A DNA stretch of 64,000 nucleotides from Bacteroidales bacterium (GTDB taxonomy: Bacteria; Bacteroidota; Bacteroidia; Bacteroidales; UBA932). Positions within the stretch are counted from its first letter, which is position 1. Each line of letters begins with the position of its first letter. The notes beneath the pieces were generated by a model. The model saw nothing but the letters and a program-made list of their open reading frames with translations. It made no database searches and was not told the origin of the DNA. Where the stretch lies: NCBI GenBank assembly GCA_017473705.1, contig JAFUJQ010000051.1:29351-93350 (forward strand), written 5' to 3'. A program made the position numbers and the translations under genes. This document shows positions 1 through 9,882 of the stretch, one piece after another.

Positions 1-27
1 CAGCCGGGAGCATCCGGTTCCCGGCTG
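1..27 (+). terminator. GC-rich hairpin, possibly the terminator or processing stem of an upstream gene
   Basis: cagccgggagc...gttcccggctg inverted repeat followed by AT-rich sequence; cut by the window edge. Confidence 0.45.
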
Positions 28-61
28 CATTTTATAATTTTAACTAAAACCGATCATTACA

Positions 62-1225
62 ATGGATTTCAAGAAACTTGCTGCTCAGTATAAGAGCGAG
101 CTTTTGGACAGCGTCCTTCCTTTCTGGCTTGAGAAGTCCCAGGACCTCGAGTATGGCGGATATTTCAGCTGTCTGGACCGTGACGGAAGCGTTTTTGACA
201 CTGACAAGTTCATCTGGCTTCAGGGAAGGGAAGTGTGGATGTTCGCGATGTTGTATAACAAGGTGGAGAAGAAGCAGGAGTGGCTTGATTGCGCTATCCA
301 GGGAGCAGAGTTCCTGAAGAAGTATGCGCACGATGGCAATTATGACTTCTATTTCTCGGTGACCCGTGAGGGAAAGCCTATCATCCAGCCATATAACATC
401 TTCTCGAATACATTCGCATGCATGGCATTCGCCCAGCTTGCTGAGGCTACAGGCAGCGAGGAGTACAAGGAGATCGCTCTGAAGACTTTCCAGAGGATTC
501 TGGACCGCCGTAATGATCCTAAGGGACGTTGGGAGAAGTCATATCCCGGAACACGTCCTATGAAGGGTTTCGCGCTCCCTATGATCATCTGCAACATGGC
601 TCTTGAGGTGGAGAACATCCTCCCCGACAAGTCATTGCTTGACCAGACCATCGACGAGTGTTTGAGCGAGATTCTCAATGTGTTCTACTACCCTGAGCTG
701 GGTGTGATGCTTGAGAATGTGGCTCCTGACGGAACCCCTATAGACTGCTTCGAAGGCCGTGAAATCAATCCTGGCCACGACCTTGAGGCTTTATGGTTTA
801 TGATGAACCTCGGTATCCGCAGAAACGACAAGGCCCTTATCGACAAGTGCGTAGAGATCGCTCTCAGCGTTGTCGAGTTCGGTTGGGACAAGGAGTACGG
901 CGGAATCTTCTATTTCCAGGATCTCAAGGGAGCTCCTATGCAGAAGCTCGAGTGGGATCAGAAACTCTGGTGGGTACACCTCGAGTCGGCAATCTGCTTC
1001 ATCAAGGCATACCAGTTGACCGGAAACCAGCAGTGTCTGGAATGGTTCGAGAAAATCCACAATTATATGTGGACACATTTCAAGGATCAGGAATATCCTG
1101 AATGGTATGGTTACCTCAACCGCCGCGGAGAAGTCCTCCTGACTCTCAAGGGCGGAAAGTGGAAGGGCTGCTTCCATGTACCGAGAGGTCTCTACCAGAT
1201 CTGGCAGATCCTCGAAACTCTATAA
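62..1225 (+). CDS. N-acylglucosamine 2-epimerase (AGE family)
   Basis: 387 aa; LPFW..D.EYGGYF, WLQGR, PGHDLE, KLWWVH, GKWKGCFHVPR motifs. Confidence 0.93.
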   Translation: MDFKKLAAQYKSELLDSVLPFWLEKSQDLEYGGYFSCLDRDGSVFDTDKFIWLQGREVWMFAMLYNKVEKKQEWLDCAIQGAEFLKKYAHDGNYDFYFSVTREGKPIIQPYNIFSNTFACMAFAQLAEATGSEEYKEIALKTFQRILDRRNDPKGRWEKSYPGTRPMKGFALPMIICNMALEVENILPDKSLLDQTIDECLSEILNVFYYPELGVMLENVAPDGTPIDCFEGREINPGHDLEALWFMMNLGIRRNDKALIDKCVEIALSVVEFGWDKEYGGIFYFQDLKGAPMQKLEWDQKLWWVHLESAICFIKAYQLTGNQQCLEWFEKIHNYMWTHFKDQEYPEWYGYLNRRGEVLLTLKGGKWKGCFHVPRGLYQIWQILETL

Positions 1226-1230
1226 GCCAT

Positions 1231-1266
1231 AAAAAAGGAGAATTGCTCAAGCGATTCTCCTTTTTT
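1231..1266 (+). terminator. Intrinsic terminator
   Basis: A6-ggagaattgc-tcaa-gcgattctcc-T6 right after the stop codon. Confidence 0.8.
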
Positions 1267-1297
1267 GTTGCTATCTTTATCCAAAATATAGCCCAAT

Positions 1298-2752
1298 ATG
1301 AAAAAACTCATATCATTGATGCTGGTCTTGTTTATGGTCTGCGCTTGCGATGACAATAAACTTGACATTGAAGCGGAATTCGACAAGAACGGCTGGAATG
1401 AGCAGGAAACTCCGCAGGAGCCTGAGCATCCGGCAGATCCTCAGCAGCCTGTAGACCCGGAACAGCCTGTAGATCCTGAACCACCGGTGGAGCCGGAGCC
1501 GGTCAAAGGCAAGAGATGCTTCATATGGATCGAAGGAAATGCCAATTTCCGTGACTATGGTGACAGCAGGGAGAATATCGCCCGTGATATGGAGAAGATT
1601 GCGGACTGCGGCTTTACGGACGTTGTCGTGGATGTGAGGCCGGCAGGAGCCGGAGGTGATGTCCTCTTCCAGACAGACAAGTGCAGCCAGGTTCAATATA
1701 TGGGTGCCTATATTGATGGAGTCTATACCCGCGTAGAGCGTTCATCAAGCTGGGATTACTTGCAGGCGTTCATCGAAGAAGGCCATAAGGCCGGTCTGAA
1801 TGTATATGCCGGTTTTAACACATTCTGCGGCGGTCATGTTTCGGGGCTTGGCAAGAACGGTGTGATCTTCAGGGATTCCAACCTGGCGCAGCACGCCACC
1901 GTCATGAATACTGCAGAAGGCCTGAAGTCCATTGTGGACGTCTGGGCTGACGAAAAGTTCTTCAACCCTGTCCATCCGGATGTGCAGAACTATGTCATAG
2001 GTCTGCTGAAGGATCTGGCGGCATATGATGATCTGGACGGAATCATCCTTGACAGGGCCAGGTTCCATGGCTTCATGAGCGACTTCTCGGATTATACCAG
2101 AGGCGAATTTGAGAAATATATTGGCAAGTCAGTAACAAACTGGCCTGCAGATGTCCTGCCTGCAGGTCATGAACATTTCCTCCCGGAGCCTATGACACCG
2201 CATGTGAAGGAATGGATAGAGTTCAGGTGCAAGGTGATCCACGATTTCATGACAGATGCGCGCGAGGCGGTCAAGGCTGTCAATCCGGAGATTGACTTCG
2301 GCGCCTATGTAGGAGGTTGGTATGAGCAGTATTACGACAAGGGAGTCAACTGGGCGAGCCCTGATTATATGGCAAGCTTCTATTTCCCAAGCTGGGCTAC
2401 GAAAAAGTATGAGTCTTATGGCATAGCTGATCTTCTTGATGTTCAGATTATAGGCGCATATGCTTCATATAATGGAGTATACGGCTCAAGCGAGTGGACC
2501 ATGCAGGGCTTCTGCAGACTTGCGAAGCAGAAGACCAAGGGTGCTCCCGGCCTGCTGATCGGCGGCCCTGACGTCGGAAACTGGAACTGGGACGGCAAAG
2601 CGACAGTGCAGGCGGAACTCACAGCAGTCACCAATTCTGTAGCTGCGTGTGCAAATGAGTGTGACGGATATTTCCTCTTCGACCTCTGTCACCTCAAGCT
2701 CGAACCTCGCAAATGGGACGCTGTCAAGAAAGGAATATCTCAGTTGAAATAA
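1298..2752 (+). CDS. Lipoprotein with glycosyl hydrolase-like 10 (GHL10/YngK-like) TIM-barrel domain
   Basis: Lipoprotein signal (VCAC), Pro/Glu linker, FFNPVHPDVQ and LDGIILDRARF motifs. Confidence 0.75.
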   Translation: MKKLISLMLVLFMVCACDDNKLDIEAEFDKNGWNEQETPQEPEHPADPQQPVDPEQPVDPEPPVEPEPVKGKRCFIWIEGNANFRDYGDSRENIARDMEKIADCGFTDVVVDVRPAGAGGDVLFQTDKCSQVQYMGAYIDGVYTRVERSSSWDYLQAFIEEGHKAGLNVYAGFNTFCGGHVSGLGKNGVIFRDSNLAQHATVMNTAEGLKSIVDVWADEKFFNPVHPDVQNYVIGLLKDLAAYDDLDGIILDRARFHGFMSDFSDYTRGEFEKYIGKSVTNWPADVLPAGHEHFLPEPMTPHVKEWIEFRCKVIHDFMTDAREAVKAVNPEIDFGAYVGGWYEQYYDKGVNWASPDYMASFYFPSWATKKYESYGIADLLDVQIIGAYASYNGVYGSSEWTMQGFCRLAKQKTKGAPGLLIGGPDVGNWNWDGKATVQAELTAVTNSVAACANECDGYFLFDLCHLKLEPRKWDAVKKGISQLK

Positions 2753-2773
2753 TTTTATATGTAACTCTCACAT

Positions 2774-2842
2774 TGTCATTTCTTTCGCATCCGCTTCAGC
2801 GACTTTGTCGATTACGACCGAACTAAGTGAGTGGAGAAATCT
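2774..2842 (+). repeat. Degenerate GTCAT-headed REP-like element with partial head duplicate
   Basis: tgtcatttc at 2774, then tgtcgattacgaccgaactaagtgagtggagaaatct at 2806-2842. Confidence 0.55.
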
Positions 2843-2857
2843 CTAAAACTAATATTT

Positions 2858-3922
2858 ATGAATAGAATATTGTCAACCTTTCTTGTGGCTATCCTGCTGA
2901 TGTCGTGCGGTAGCAAAAACTGCGATGAGAAATCAAGGACCTTCACTAACGAACAGTTCAAGACAGCAGAATGCCCTCAGGGCATGAAGATCAATGCCAC
3001 TTTCCTCGACGAGATCAGCTGGGATATCCCGCATCAGAACTGGGGAGTGGGCGAGTGGGACCAGGACTTCCGTGCCATGAAGGATATGGGCATCAATACG
3101 GTTGTTCTCATACGTGCCGGCCTTGGACGCTGGATCGCCGCTCCTTTTGAATCAATACTTGCGACAGAAGATGTATATTATCCTCCGGTAGACCTCGTCG
3201 AGATGTTCCTCTGCCTTGCCGACAAATACGACATGGCATTCTACTTTGGAATGTATGACTCAGGCAAATACTGGCACGAGGGTGACTATCTGAAGGAGAT
3301 AGATCTGAACATCAAGCTGATTGACGAGATCTGGGCAAAGTATGGGCACCACAAGTCATTTCAAGGCTGGTATCTCTCGCAGGAGGTGAGCCGCAGGACC
3401 AAGAACATGACCAAGATCTATGCTGAGGTAGGCAGACATGCAAAGGAAGTGTCCGGCAATCTTCCGACTATGGTTTCCCCATATATCCACGGTGTGAAGA
3501 CCGACCAGGTGATGTGGGGAGACAAGGCTACGACAGTCTCGGAGCATGAATTCGAGTGGAACGAGATCCTCAGCAATCTTCAGGGCGTGGTTGACATTCT
3601 TGCGTTCCAGGACGGGCAGGTGGACTATCATGAATTGTATGACTACCTCGTTGTCAATAAGAAGCTTGCAGACAAATATGGCATGAAATGCTGGACCAAC
3701 TTCGAGTCATTCGACCGAGACATGCCGATCCGCTTCCTGCCTATCAAATGGGAGAAGCTCCTCCTGAAGATGGAGATGGCCCGTAAGGCCGGAATGGACG
3801 GTGCGATAACATTCGAGTTCTCGCACTTCATGTCGCCTAACTCAGAATACTCCCAGGCCGGTCACCTCTACGACCGCTACTGCGAACACTTCGGCATAGA
3901 AAACAAATGGAAGGACCGGTAA
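2858..3922 (+). CDS. DUF4434-type putative glycoside hydrolase, lipoprotein signal
   Basis: TFLDEISWDIPHQNWG, GWYLSQE, ESFDRDMPI, ITFEFSHF; ATG 2858 gives an LMSC signal, while the GTG at 2831 lies inside the repeat. Confidence 0.8.
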   Translation: MNRILSTFLVAILLMSCGSKNCDEKSRTFTNEQFKTAECPQGMKINATFLDEISWDIPHQNWGVGEWDQDFRAMKDMGINTVVLIRAGLGRWIAAPFESILATEDVYYPPVDLVEMFLCLADKYDMAFYFGMYDSGKYWHEGDYLKEIDLNIKLIDEIWAKYGHHKSFQGWYLSQEVSRRTKNMTKIYAEVGRHAKEVSGNLPTMVSPYIHGVKTDQVMWGDKATTVSEHEFEWNEILSNLQGVVDILAFQDGQVDYHELYDYLVVNKKLADKYGMKCWTNFESFDRDMPIRFLPIKWEKLLLKMEMARKAGMDGAITFEFSHFMSPNSEYSQAGHLYDRYCEHFGIENKWKDR

Positions 3923-4037
3923 ACTATATATAAGCGACGTGCTGACTCGTGTGATCCTTCCCACTTCGTGGCCCCCTTTCCTTTTCGGGAGCCTATCTTC
4001 CCAGAGACAGTTATCTATATCTGGTTGGCGAGCGTGT

Positions 4038-4163
4038 GATTCTCGCAAAAGAAATGGCATTATTTTGTGCGAGGATCCCCCAAAGTGGCCTTAAAACGGT
4101 GTTTCAGCCCCCAAACAGCAATCCTTGCAGAAAAGTCATTCGATTCTTTTGCAAGGATTGCTG
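4038..4163. repeat. Hairpin doublet (REP/REPIN-like) on the left flank of the RAYT
   Basis: Imperfect hairpin 4039-4076, about 40-nt spacer, then perfect 14-bp inverted repeat cagcaatccttgca (4116-4129) / tgcaaggattgctg (4150-4163). Confidence 0.8.
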
Positions 4164-4213
4164 TATCATGGCATTGGATGTCCGGTATATGTTGTCCATG
4201 TATCGTTGACGTG

Positions 4214-5131
4214 TTACGGTATCGCAAGGCAACGCTTTGCCTGTGAGGCTGGGACGTTATATCTTCTCCTGATGAACCCCACCATGTCTTCCCGCTGCCG
4301 GATCGTTAACTGATATACCGAACTGACTCTGTAATTTGGCAGAAGGATTTTGTCAATTTCGTGACATATCATGATATCAGTCATGGCTGCATAATTTGCG
4401 CGCCCGTGTTCATTTCTTAACATTGTGTTGATGTCGTGAAACATGACGCCCTCTTCGATAGACTCAAGGGTTATGGCTGGCAGGCTGGTCTGATCCTGCA
4501 GCTGTTCCCGTATCCATTCTTCTCCGGACAATCTGTTCATATAATATAGAAACGACCGTGCTGTGGAAAATTGATGTTCTATATCCTGGGCGTCGATGAC
4601 AGTTTCAGGTAATATCATTCCTTCAGAGTTCATTTGGTAGCTTTCCGGTAATACGCTTCTTGATGGAATGAACCGATATGCTGATTTTCCAGGCAAGGTG
4701 CCTCCGGGTGTATTCCACCCGAATTCCTTTCTGAATATTCCCCTTATTGAAGAGAATTCATATCCGAAAGGGGTAGCGCATATTCCATGATGAACAGGAT
4801 TTCTCAGCACATATGCAATTGCTGTCAGCAGGTGGTAAAGTCCGACAAGCTCTATTTTAAAGAATTCTTTCTCTCCGATTCTTCCTTTCCGATGGTATTT
4901 CGCATTGAAATACTTGTTGTATGAATACCTGAATTTAGTCATGAACTTCTGCGGGTCTGCTGTCCGCACGATGATATGGACGTGATTGCTCATGAATACA
5001 TATGCGAGTAGAATCGCTTCAGTATAGTGTGCCGCCAGACAAAGACAATTTATTCCACGTATGAAATCTTCCCTGTTCCTGAACATTACCTCATCATCTG
5101 ATGATAAGCATAAGTGATAAGTCTTCTTCAT
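4214..5131 (-). mobile_element. REP-associated tyrosine transposase (RAYT, Y1 HUH family)
   Basis: TYHL, LAYVFMSNHVH (HUH), FNAKY.RKG, AYVLRNP (catalytic Tyr), YEFSS; -7 box TACTTTTG at 5144-5151 supports ATG 5131. Confidence 0.85.
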
Positions 5132-5245
5132 GTTTTTTGCTTTCAAAAGTAGAAGTACTTTCACATACAGACCTTCAAAAAAAGAAAAACTTTGATTTAA
5201 AAAAAGAAATTATCCAAAGAAAAAGAAAAATCTGCATGGTCCGGG

Positions 5246-5369
5246 AATCCTTGCAGAATAAATGGCATTTTTTTGTGCGAGAAATCCGAAATACTGCTCT
5301 AAAACCTCATTCCAGGCCTAAAACAACAATCCTTGCAGAAAAATCAGCCGATTCTTTTGCAAGGATTGT
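5246..5369. repeat. Hairpin doublet on the right flank of the RAYT, diverged direct repeat of 4038-4163
   Basis: Shares aaatggcatt..tttgtgcgag and caatccttgcagaaaa..cgattcttttgcaaggattg with the left copy, same orientation and spacing. Confidence 0.8.
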
Positions 5370-5414
5370 CGGAAGTGTCAGAGTGCTCTGACAGAATGAG
5401 CATTTGTGTGATGC

Positions 5415-6800
5415 CTAACTTCTCCAGAAGAGTTTCTTCTTTGTGAAGAAGCATGTGACCATTACCATCAGCAGAGTGATGAACAGGCCTCGGAACATGC
5501 CCCAGAATGGCGATCCGACGCTTATTCTGTCAAGCCATGGCAGGATGCCGCAGAGGGCAAGTATAGGTCCTGTCATGAAGTTTGTCACCGTGTAGGCGAG
5601 CATCGGGTTCTGGCCGCTGCCGCTCAGGCCGCGTCCCTTGATATGCCATCTGAACTCGAGGGCGAGGATGAATGCTCCTGTGAGGGCAGTCATTCCGCTT
5701 GTCGTAAGCATGTATGACAGATTGCAATGGTCCTTTGTGATGCCGCCGTCGATCGGGTCGAAGATGATGCCGACAAGCATGAGGGCGAAGCCTATATATC
5801 CGATGTCGGTCATCACATTGCGACGTTTGATTGTCAGGGCAACGAAGAATACTCCCAGCACTCCTGAAATGATGAAATCTGTGAGTACGTTTCTTGTGAA
5901 GAGGCCCCAGAGCTGCACGAGTGCGGCGACCAGTGCTATGATGCCTGCTGCAATGTGGTTGTTGTCAATGTCGACCGTTTCGTTCTTGCGGCTCTGCGTC
6001 AAAAGCATGTCGCCTATAATAGATCCGGCAAGTGCGATCACGAGGTACTGCAGGTAAGCCCAGTTGAAGAACCATCCGATGAAGCTCATCTGAGGAACCC
6101 AAGACAATGCTTCAGGAGCATATGAACTTACTGCCTTGATGCCGGCAATGAAGAACAATACGAGCCAGCGCAGCTTCAGACTGTCCTTGGTGAACATCCA
6201 GATCAGGCCGCCCCAGATGGCGATGTTGGCGAGAATCATGATTATGATATCGCTGCTCCACCTGTTGAGAGGGACTCCGAAGAAGTCGATGCGGACATAA
6301 GCCATGACAATCAGGAGGAACATACCTATATTGTTTACCAGCTTGCCTTTCTTCTCATCAGGAATCCTGACCAGAGACATGAACATTACGCCCCAGAGCA
6401 GGATATTGAATACCTGCACCATCCAGGCTGGTCTTGTGCTCATGCCATTTGCATAGGCGTTGCCTAGAACGATGGCGAATATGGTCAGTGTCAGCCACCT
6501 TCTGAAAAGGCTGCCTGTAACTTCCCATCTGCTGACGCCGTTATCCAGCCTCTTGCGCATTGCAAGCGGGAATGCCGCTCCCATTGTGAAGAGGAAGAAC
6601 GGGAACACGAGGTCTACCCAGGTGATGCCCGGAACATCCGGATTGAATGCGTATGTCGGAGGGGGAGTCTGGCAGTGGAACATCCATGCCGGAAGATCGG
6701 AATTATATCCGATGTTTGCGCAGAGGATCATCGCGAAGATCGTGATGCCTCTGAGTATGTCTATGGTAGCAATTCTCTTGCTGGGAGTATGTGCTGTCAT
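5415..6800 (-). CDS. DUF5009 / heparan-alpha-glucosaminide N-acetyltransferase-like membrane protein
   Basis: RIATIDILRG, PAWMFH, GITWVDLVFPFFLF, GQNPMLAY; many transmembrane segments. Confidence 0.8.
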   Translation of the reverse strand: MTAHTPSKRIATIDILRGITIFAMILCANIGYNSDLPAWMFHCQTPPPTYAFNPDVPGITWVDLVFPFFLFTMGAAFPLAMRKRLDNGVSRWEVTGSLFRRWLTLTIFAIVLGNAYANGMSTRPAWMVQVFNILLWGVMFMSLVRIPDEKKGKLVNNIGMFLLIVMAYVRIDFFGVPLNRWSSDIIIMILANIAIWGGLIWMFTKDSLKLRWLVLFFIAGIKAVSSYAPEALSWVPQMSFIGWFFNWAYLQYLVIALAGSIIGDMLLTQSRKNETVDIDNNHIAAGIIALVAALVQLWGLFTRNVLTDFIISGVLGVFFVALTIKRRNVMTDIGYIGFALMLVGIIFDPIDGGITKDHCNLSYMLTTSGMTALTGAFILALEFRWHIKGRGLSGSGQNPMLAYTVTNFMTGPILALCGILPWLDRISVGSPFWGMFRGLFITLLMVMVTCFFTKKKLFWRS

Positions 6801-6801
6801 G

Positions 6802-8223
6802 TTATTTGGATATTGTCTTTGTATATACTCTTCCGAAGCGGTCTGTCACGCGTACTTCGAGGTTCTTTGCTTCTGATGAGATCTGAGCCTTGAACATGTT
6901 TTCTGTAGGTGCTGCATATACCCATGTCCTCTTGAGGCTTGAAGGATCCTTGTAAAGTTCCTTTGCAAGAGGGTCCTGAGCCTTGAATCTTTCCATGTCG
7001 CAGACTTTGACTCCGTCTTCGAAATACTCTACTTTCCACAATGGGTCGAAATCCCATATGTTCGCTACGATCTGTCCTGGGTATTCCTCGAGACCGGTGT
7101 AGACCTTCATCTGATAGTCCAGAGGATGTCCGCATCCCTTGTATATCCATTTCATGTCGTTGCCGTCCATGTCGAAGATCTTGTAGCCTGCCGGCGCTCC
7201 GTCTATGCAGACCTCGCCGCACCACCATGCTCCGCAGAATCCCGCCACATTGATCTCAAAGATGTTCTCGCTGATCTGCTCGAAGTCTGCAGTGTGGCTG
7301 TGGCCTGAGAGTATGACGGTCTTGTATGGCTCAAGCATACTGTAGAATGCCGGCTTGTTGCAGAGGTTGTCGCCTATGATTCCATACTGGAATGCGTCAC
7401 GGTCTGACCTGTCGTTTGTTGTCTGTATGTGAAGCGAAACAACCACTCTGCTGCCCTGAGGGACATATGAGAGATCCCTCTCAAGCCATCTGAGCTGCCT
7501 CTCGTCAAGATATCCGATGTAGAAATAGTCGCGACCGACATAGAAGTTGTCGTTCATCACGATATAGTGGACATCGCCGACATTGAATGAATACCATGCA
7601 GGACCATACATGTCTTCGTAGTTCTTCATAGAGGTTTCGTATGAACGGCCCCAGTTGGTCATGTCGTGGTTTCCGATGACATATCTGTAATCGATGCCGG
7701 CCTTTGCCATGATGCTGTTGTATTCGGGATAGATGCTGTGGTCCCATCCTACGATGTCGCCAAGGCAGATGCCGAATGTGTAGTCGCCATCCATTCCTTT
7801 TACGAAGTCAGCCATGTCGTCAGCCTGCTTCGACAGGTCTGCAAGCTCGCTTCTCTCGCTTATCTGCGGGTCGGCAATCACGATGACATTGTGGTTGGTG
7901 TCGTCCTTGGAGTTCTTCTCCAGGACGAATTCGTACTTCTTTACGTCATCCTTGATTTCCTTGTAGAAAAGGGTCTTGCCGTCGAGTGTCGATGATACAT
8001 ATCCCGAAGGAGTGCTGATGAATACAAATCTGCTGTCCTCGTCAGTGGCCATCTTGAAACGGCCCTTGGCATCGGTCTGTACTGTGTTCAGCCCGTCAGA
8101 AACGACTACTCCTGCAACTCCCTTGCCTTCAGTGTCCTTGACGGTTCCCTTGATGTCCTTGGCGCAGAGGCCGGTTGTGGCCATCGCTGCCAGAATGACT
8201 GTTGTCAGTGTTTTCTTAAACAT
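6802..8223 (-). CDS. Secreted calcineurin-like metallophosphoesterase
   Basis: Signal peptide, GVVVSDG N-domain, ADPQ, LGDI, GNHD, SGHSH, GAWW. Confidence 0.88.
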   Translation of the reverse strand: MFKKTLTTVILAAMATTGLCAKDIKGTVKDTEGKGVAGVVVSDGLNTVQTDAKGRFKMATDEDSRFVFISTPSGYVSSTLDGKTLFYKEIKDDVKKYEFVLEKNSKDDTNHNVIVIADPQISERSELADLSKQADDMADFVKGMDGDYTFGICLGDIVGWDHSIYPEYNSIMAKAGIDYRYVIGNHDMTNWGRSYETSMKNYEDMYGPAWYSFNVGDVHYIVMNDNFYVGRDYFYIGYLDERQLRWLERDLSYVPQGSRVVVSLHIQTTNDRSDRDAFQYGIIGDNLCNKPAFYSMLEPYKTVILSGHSHTADFEQISENIFEINVAGFCGAWWCGEVCIDGAPAGYKIFDMDGNDMKWIYKGCGHPLDYQMKVYTGLEEYPGQIVANIWDFDPLWKVEYFEDGVKVCDMERFKAQDPLAKELYKDPSSLKRTWVYAAPTENMFKAQISSEAKNLEVRVTDRFGRVYTKTISK

Positions 8224-8230
8224 TGTTGTC

Positions 8231-9343
8231 TTACTTATAAGCTTTTTCTTCCATTTCCCATCCTGTGAGCGTCGAGATGTATGGGATCATGCAGCTCGCC
8301 ACCTTGATATGTCCCTGATAGTTAGGGTGCCAGCTTGCTCCAAGGTCGTCCTCAGAGTTGTGAGCATCCTTTGTCAATCCCATGTATGACACATTCTTCA
8401 AACCGCTCATCATGCAGGCATTGCGTATGTAGTCAAAACTGAACGGAGTCACGTTTGAAGCCATGCATAAGACAGGGATCTCCTCGCCATAGTTTGCCTT
8501 GATCTTCTTGAGCAGTTCTATGTAGCGTCCTGCAAATATGGTTTCGTGCGGCTGTCTTGCTGTTGAGAAGTCGTTAGTGCACAGATATATGACTACGATG
8601 TCCGGACGATATGGAGCCATGTCAGGATTCCAGTTGTACTCCTGTGACTCGTCAAATGTCTGGCTGTAGCGGTCCGGCATGTTGTACCCAGGGCGGTAAT
8701 CGTCATAGTTTCTTGCGATTCCCTGTCCTGAATGACTTACAAGGTTGAAGTCAGCGCCGAAGTAACGTGAAGTGATGGCTGCATAAGTGAGATTGCAGTT
8801 CTCGGTCTCGGCAAGGAACGGGTCGTTCTTGTCTCCGCTCTCTGTGCCGTATCCGCATGTGTATGAGTCTCCGATGAACTCGATGTGTCTCTCCTTGCGT
8901 CCCTGAGCCTGGAGCACTTCTCCCTCAGTGAGGAACTTGTGTACGGTGAAGCGGCCCTGCTCGCCCTCGGTCCTCTTCTGGAGGATCACTTCGTGTTCTC
9001 CCTTGCCGAGTCCCTCAGCAAGCACTATGAGAGTGTCGGCTGCGCCGACCATGAATACTTTGTCAGCCTTAGGTGACATCTCCTTGTCAACCCAGAGGTT
9101 GAACCAGCAGTTCCTGGTGTCGGAGCACTTCATCGCGAGGTACGGTCCGTTGAACTTCACTCTGAAGTATACTCCGCTCCAGTCGTAGGTCACTTCGTCA
9201 CCGTTCACGAGTGTGCGTCCGGTGTACTCGATGCGGCTGTCAGAGGCCGGTGTCTCAATGATTTCCTTTGTTTTTTTCGCTGAAAGGTCAGCGGAAGCGG
9301 CCAGTCCGAGGACTGCCATGAAAATGCAGAATGTCTTACGCAT
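8231..9343 (-). CDS. SGNH esterase, CE2-like acetylesterase
   Basis: IEFIGDSYTCGYG, SGQG, LCTND, WHP; -7 box TACCTTTG at 9378-9385 supports ATG 9343. Confidence 0.85.
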   Translation of the reverse strand: MRKTFCIFMAVLGLAASADLSAKKTKEIIETPASDSRIEYTGRTLVNGDEVTYDWSGVYFRVKFNGPYLAMKCSDTRNCWFNLWVDKEMSPKADKVFMVGAADTLIVLAEGLGKGEHEVILQKRTEGEQGRFTVHKFLTEGEVLQAQGRKERHIEFIGDSYTCGYGTESGDKNDPFLAETENCNLTYAAITSRYFGADFNLVSHSGQGIARNYDDYRPGYNMPDRYSQTFDESQEYNWNPDMAPYRPDIVVIYLCTNDFSTARQPHETIFAGRYIELLKKIKANYGEEIPVLCMASNVTPFSFDYIRNACMMSGLKNVSYMGLTKDAHNSEDDLGASWHPNYQGHIKVASCMIPYISTLTGWEMEEKAYK

Positions 9344-9445
9344 ATTTTGATGATTTATATTGTCTTGTACTAAATAACAAAGGTACACATAATTATTAAA
9401 ATATTTTAATTTTATCGTCCGGAATAATGAAAAAATATCAATAAT

Positions 9446-9478
9446 GACTAAGCAGCGCCGGACCGGCGCTGCTTAGTC
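9446..9478. terminator. Perfect 16-bp inverted repeat, probable terminator of the small minus-strand cassette
   Basis: gactaagcagcgccgg-a-ccggcgctgcttagtc, overlapping the TAA of ORF 9473-9568. Confidence 0.65.
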
Positions 9479-9568
9479 GTTGTCTATAATATCTTTGTCT
9501 TTAGTGATTAATGTGTATGTTATGCCAATTATGCCTATGACACACATCGCTATACCATAAACTATCAT
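9473..9568 (-). CDS. 31-aa single-transmembrane small protein (not in the ORF track)
   Basis: MIVYGIAMCVIGIIGITYTLITKDKDIIDND; ATGA overlap with the upstream stop. Confidence 0.5.
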   Translation of the reverse strand: MIVYGIAMCVIGIIGITYTLITKDKDIIDND

Positions 9569-9725
9569 GACTTCTTTCCTTTATAGTGATATAGTAATAA
9601 ACTCCATATTAAAAGTATGCCGGCTCCACCTGCCGATAATCCATCAGGACATACTTGGCAATATCCATCAGAAAGTCTGCGACCTTCTCCCAGACCAGAA
9701 TCCTTTTCACGTTATCCTTCCCCAT
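9565..9725 (-). pseudogene. Frameshifted DUF6722-like small membrane protein
   Basis: WEKVADFLMDIAKYVL in one frame, GLSAGGAGILLIWSLLLYHYKGKKS* in another; total span is not a multiple of 3. Confidence 0.5.
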
Positions 9726-9726
9726 A

Positions 9727-9757
9727 CAAATGTAGTCATTATTTCTTCATCGGCAAA
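9727..9757 (-). promoter_or_regulatory. Consensus Bacteroidetes promoter
   Basis: TTTG-N19-TACATTTG on the minus strand. Confidence 0.65.
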
Positions 9758-9882
9758 TTTGCAGTCTGTTTTTATCTTATCCAAATGTTACGGTGTTGTT
9801 TTTCCATGGCAGGCGAAAGACAACAGGCAGATTTTTCTGTTTTTTATAATTTTTTCTTTTTTTTTAATGTTAAATTTACAGA

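Noticed and set aside
1410-1502. Short tandem repeats here and at about 36935-36965
   Set aside because: Ordinary Pro/Glu lipoprotein linkers
4214-5131. RAYT as mobiliser of the GTCAT repeats, or an IS605/TnpB element
   Set aside because: Its own flanks are a different repeat family, and no tnpB is adjacent
5101-5391. 96-aa plus-strand ORF beside the RAYT, and likewise 4125-4313
   Set aside because: Made of the promoter A-tract and hairpin repeats; not protein-like
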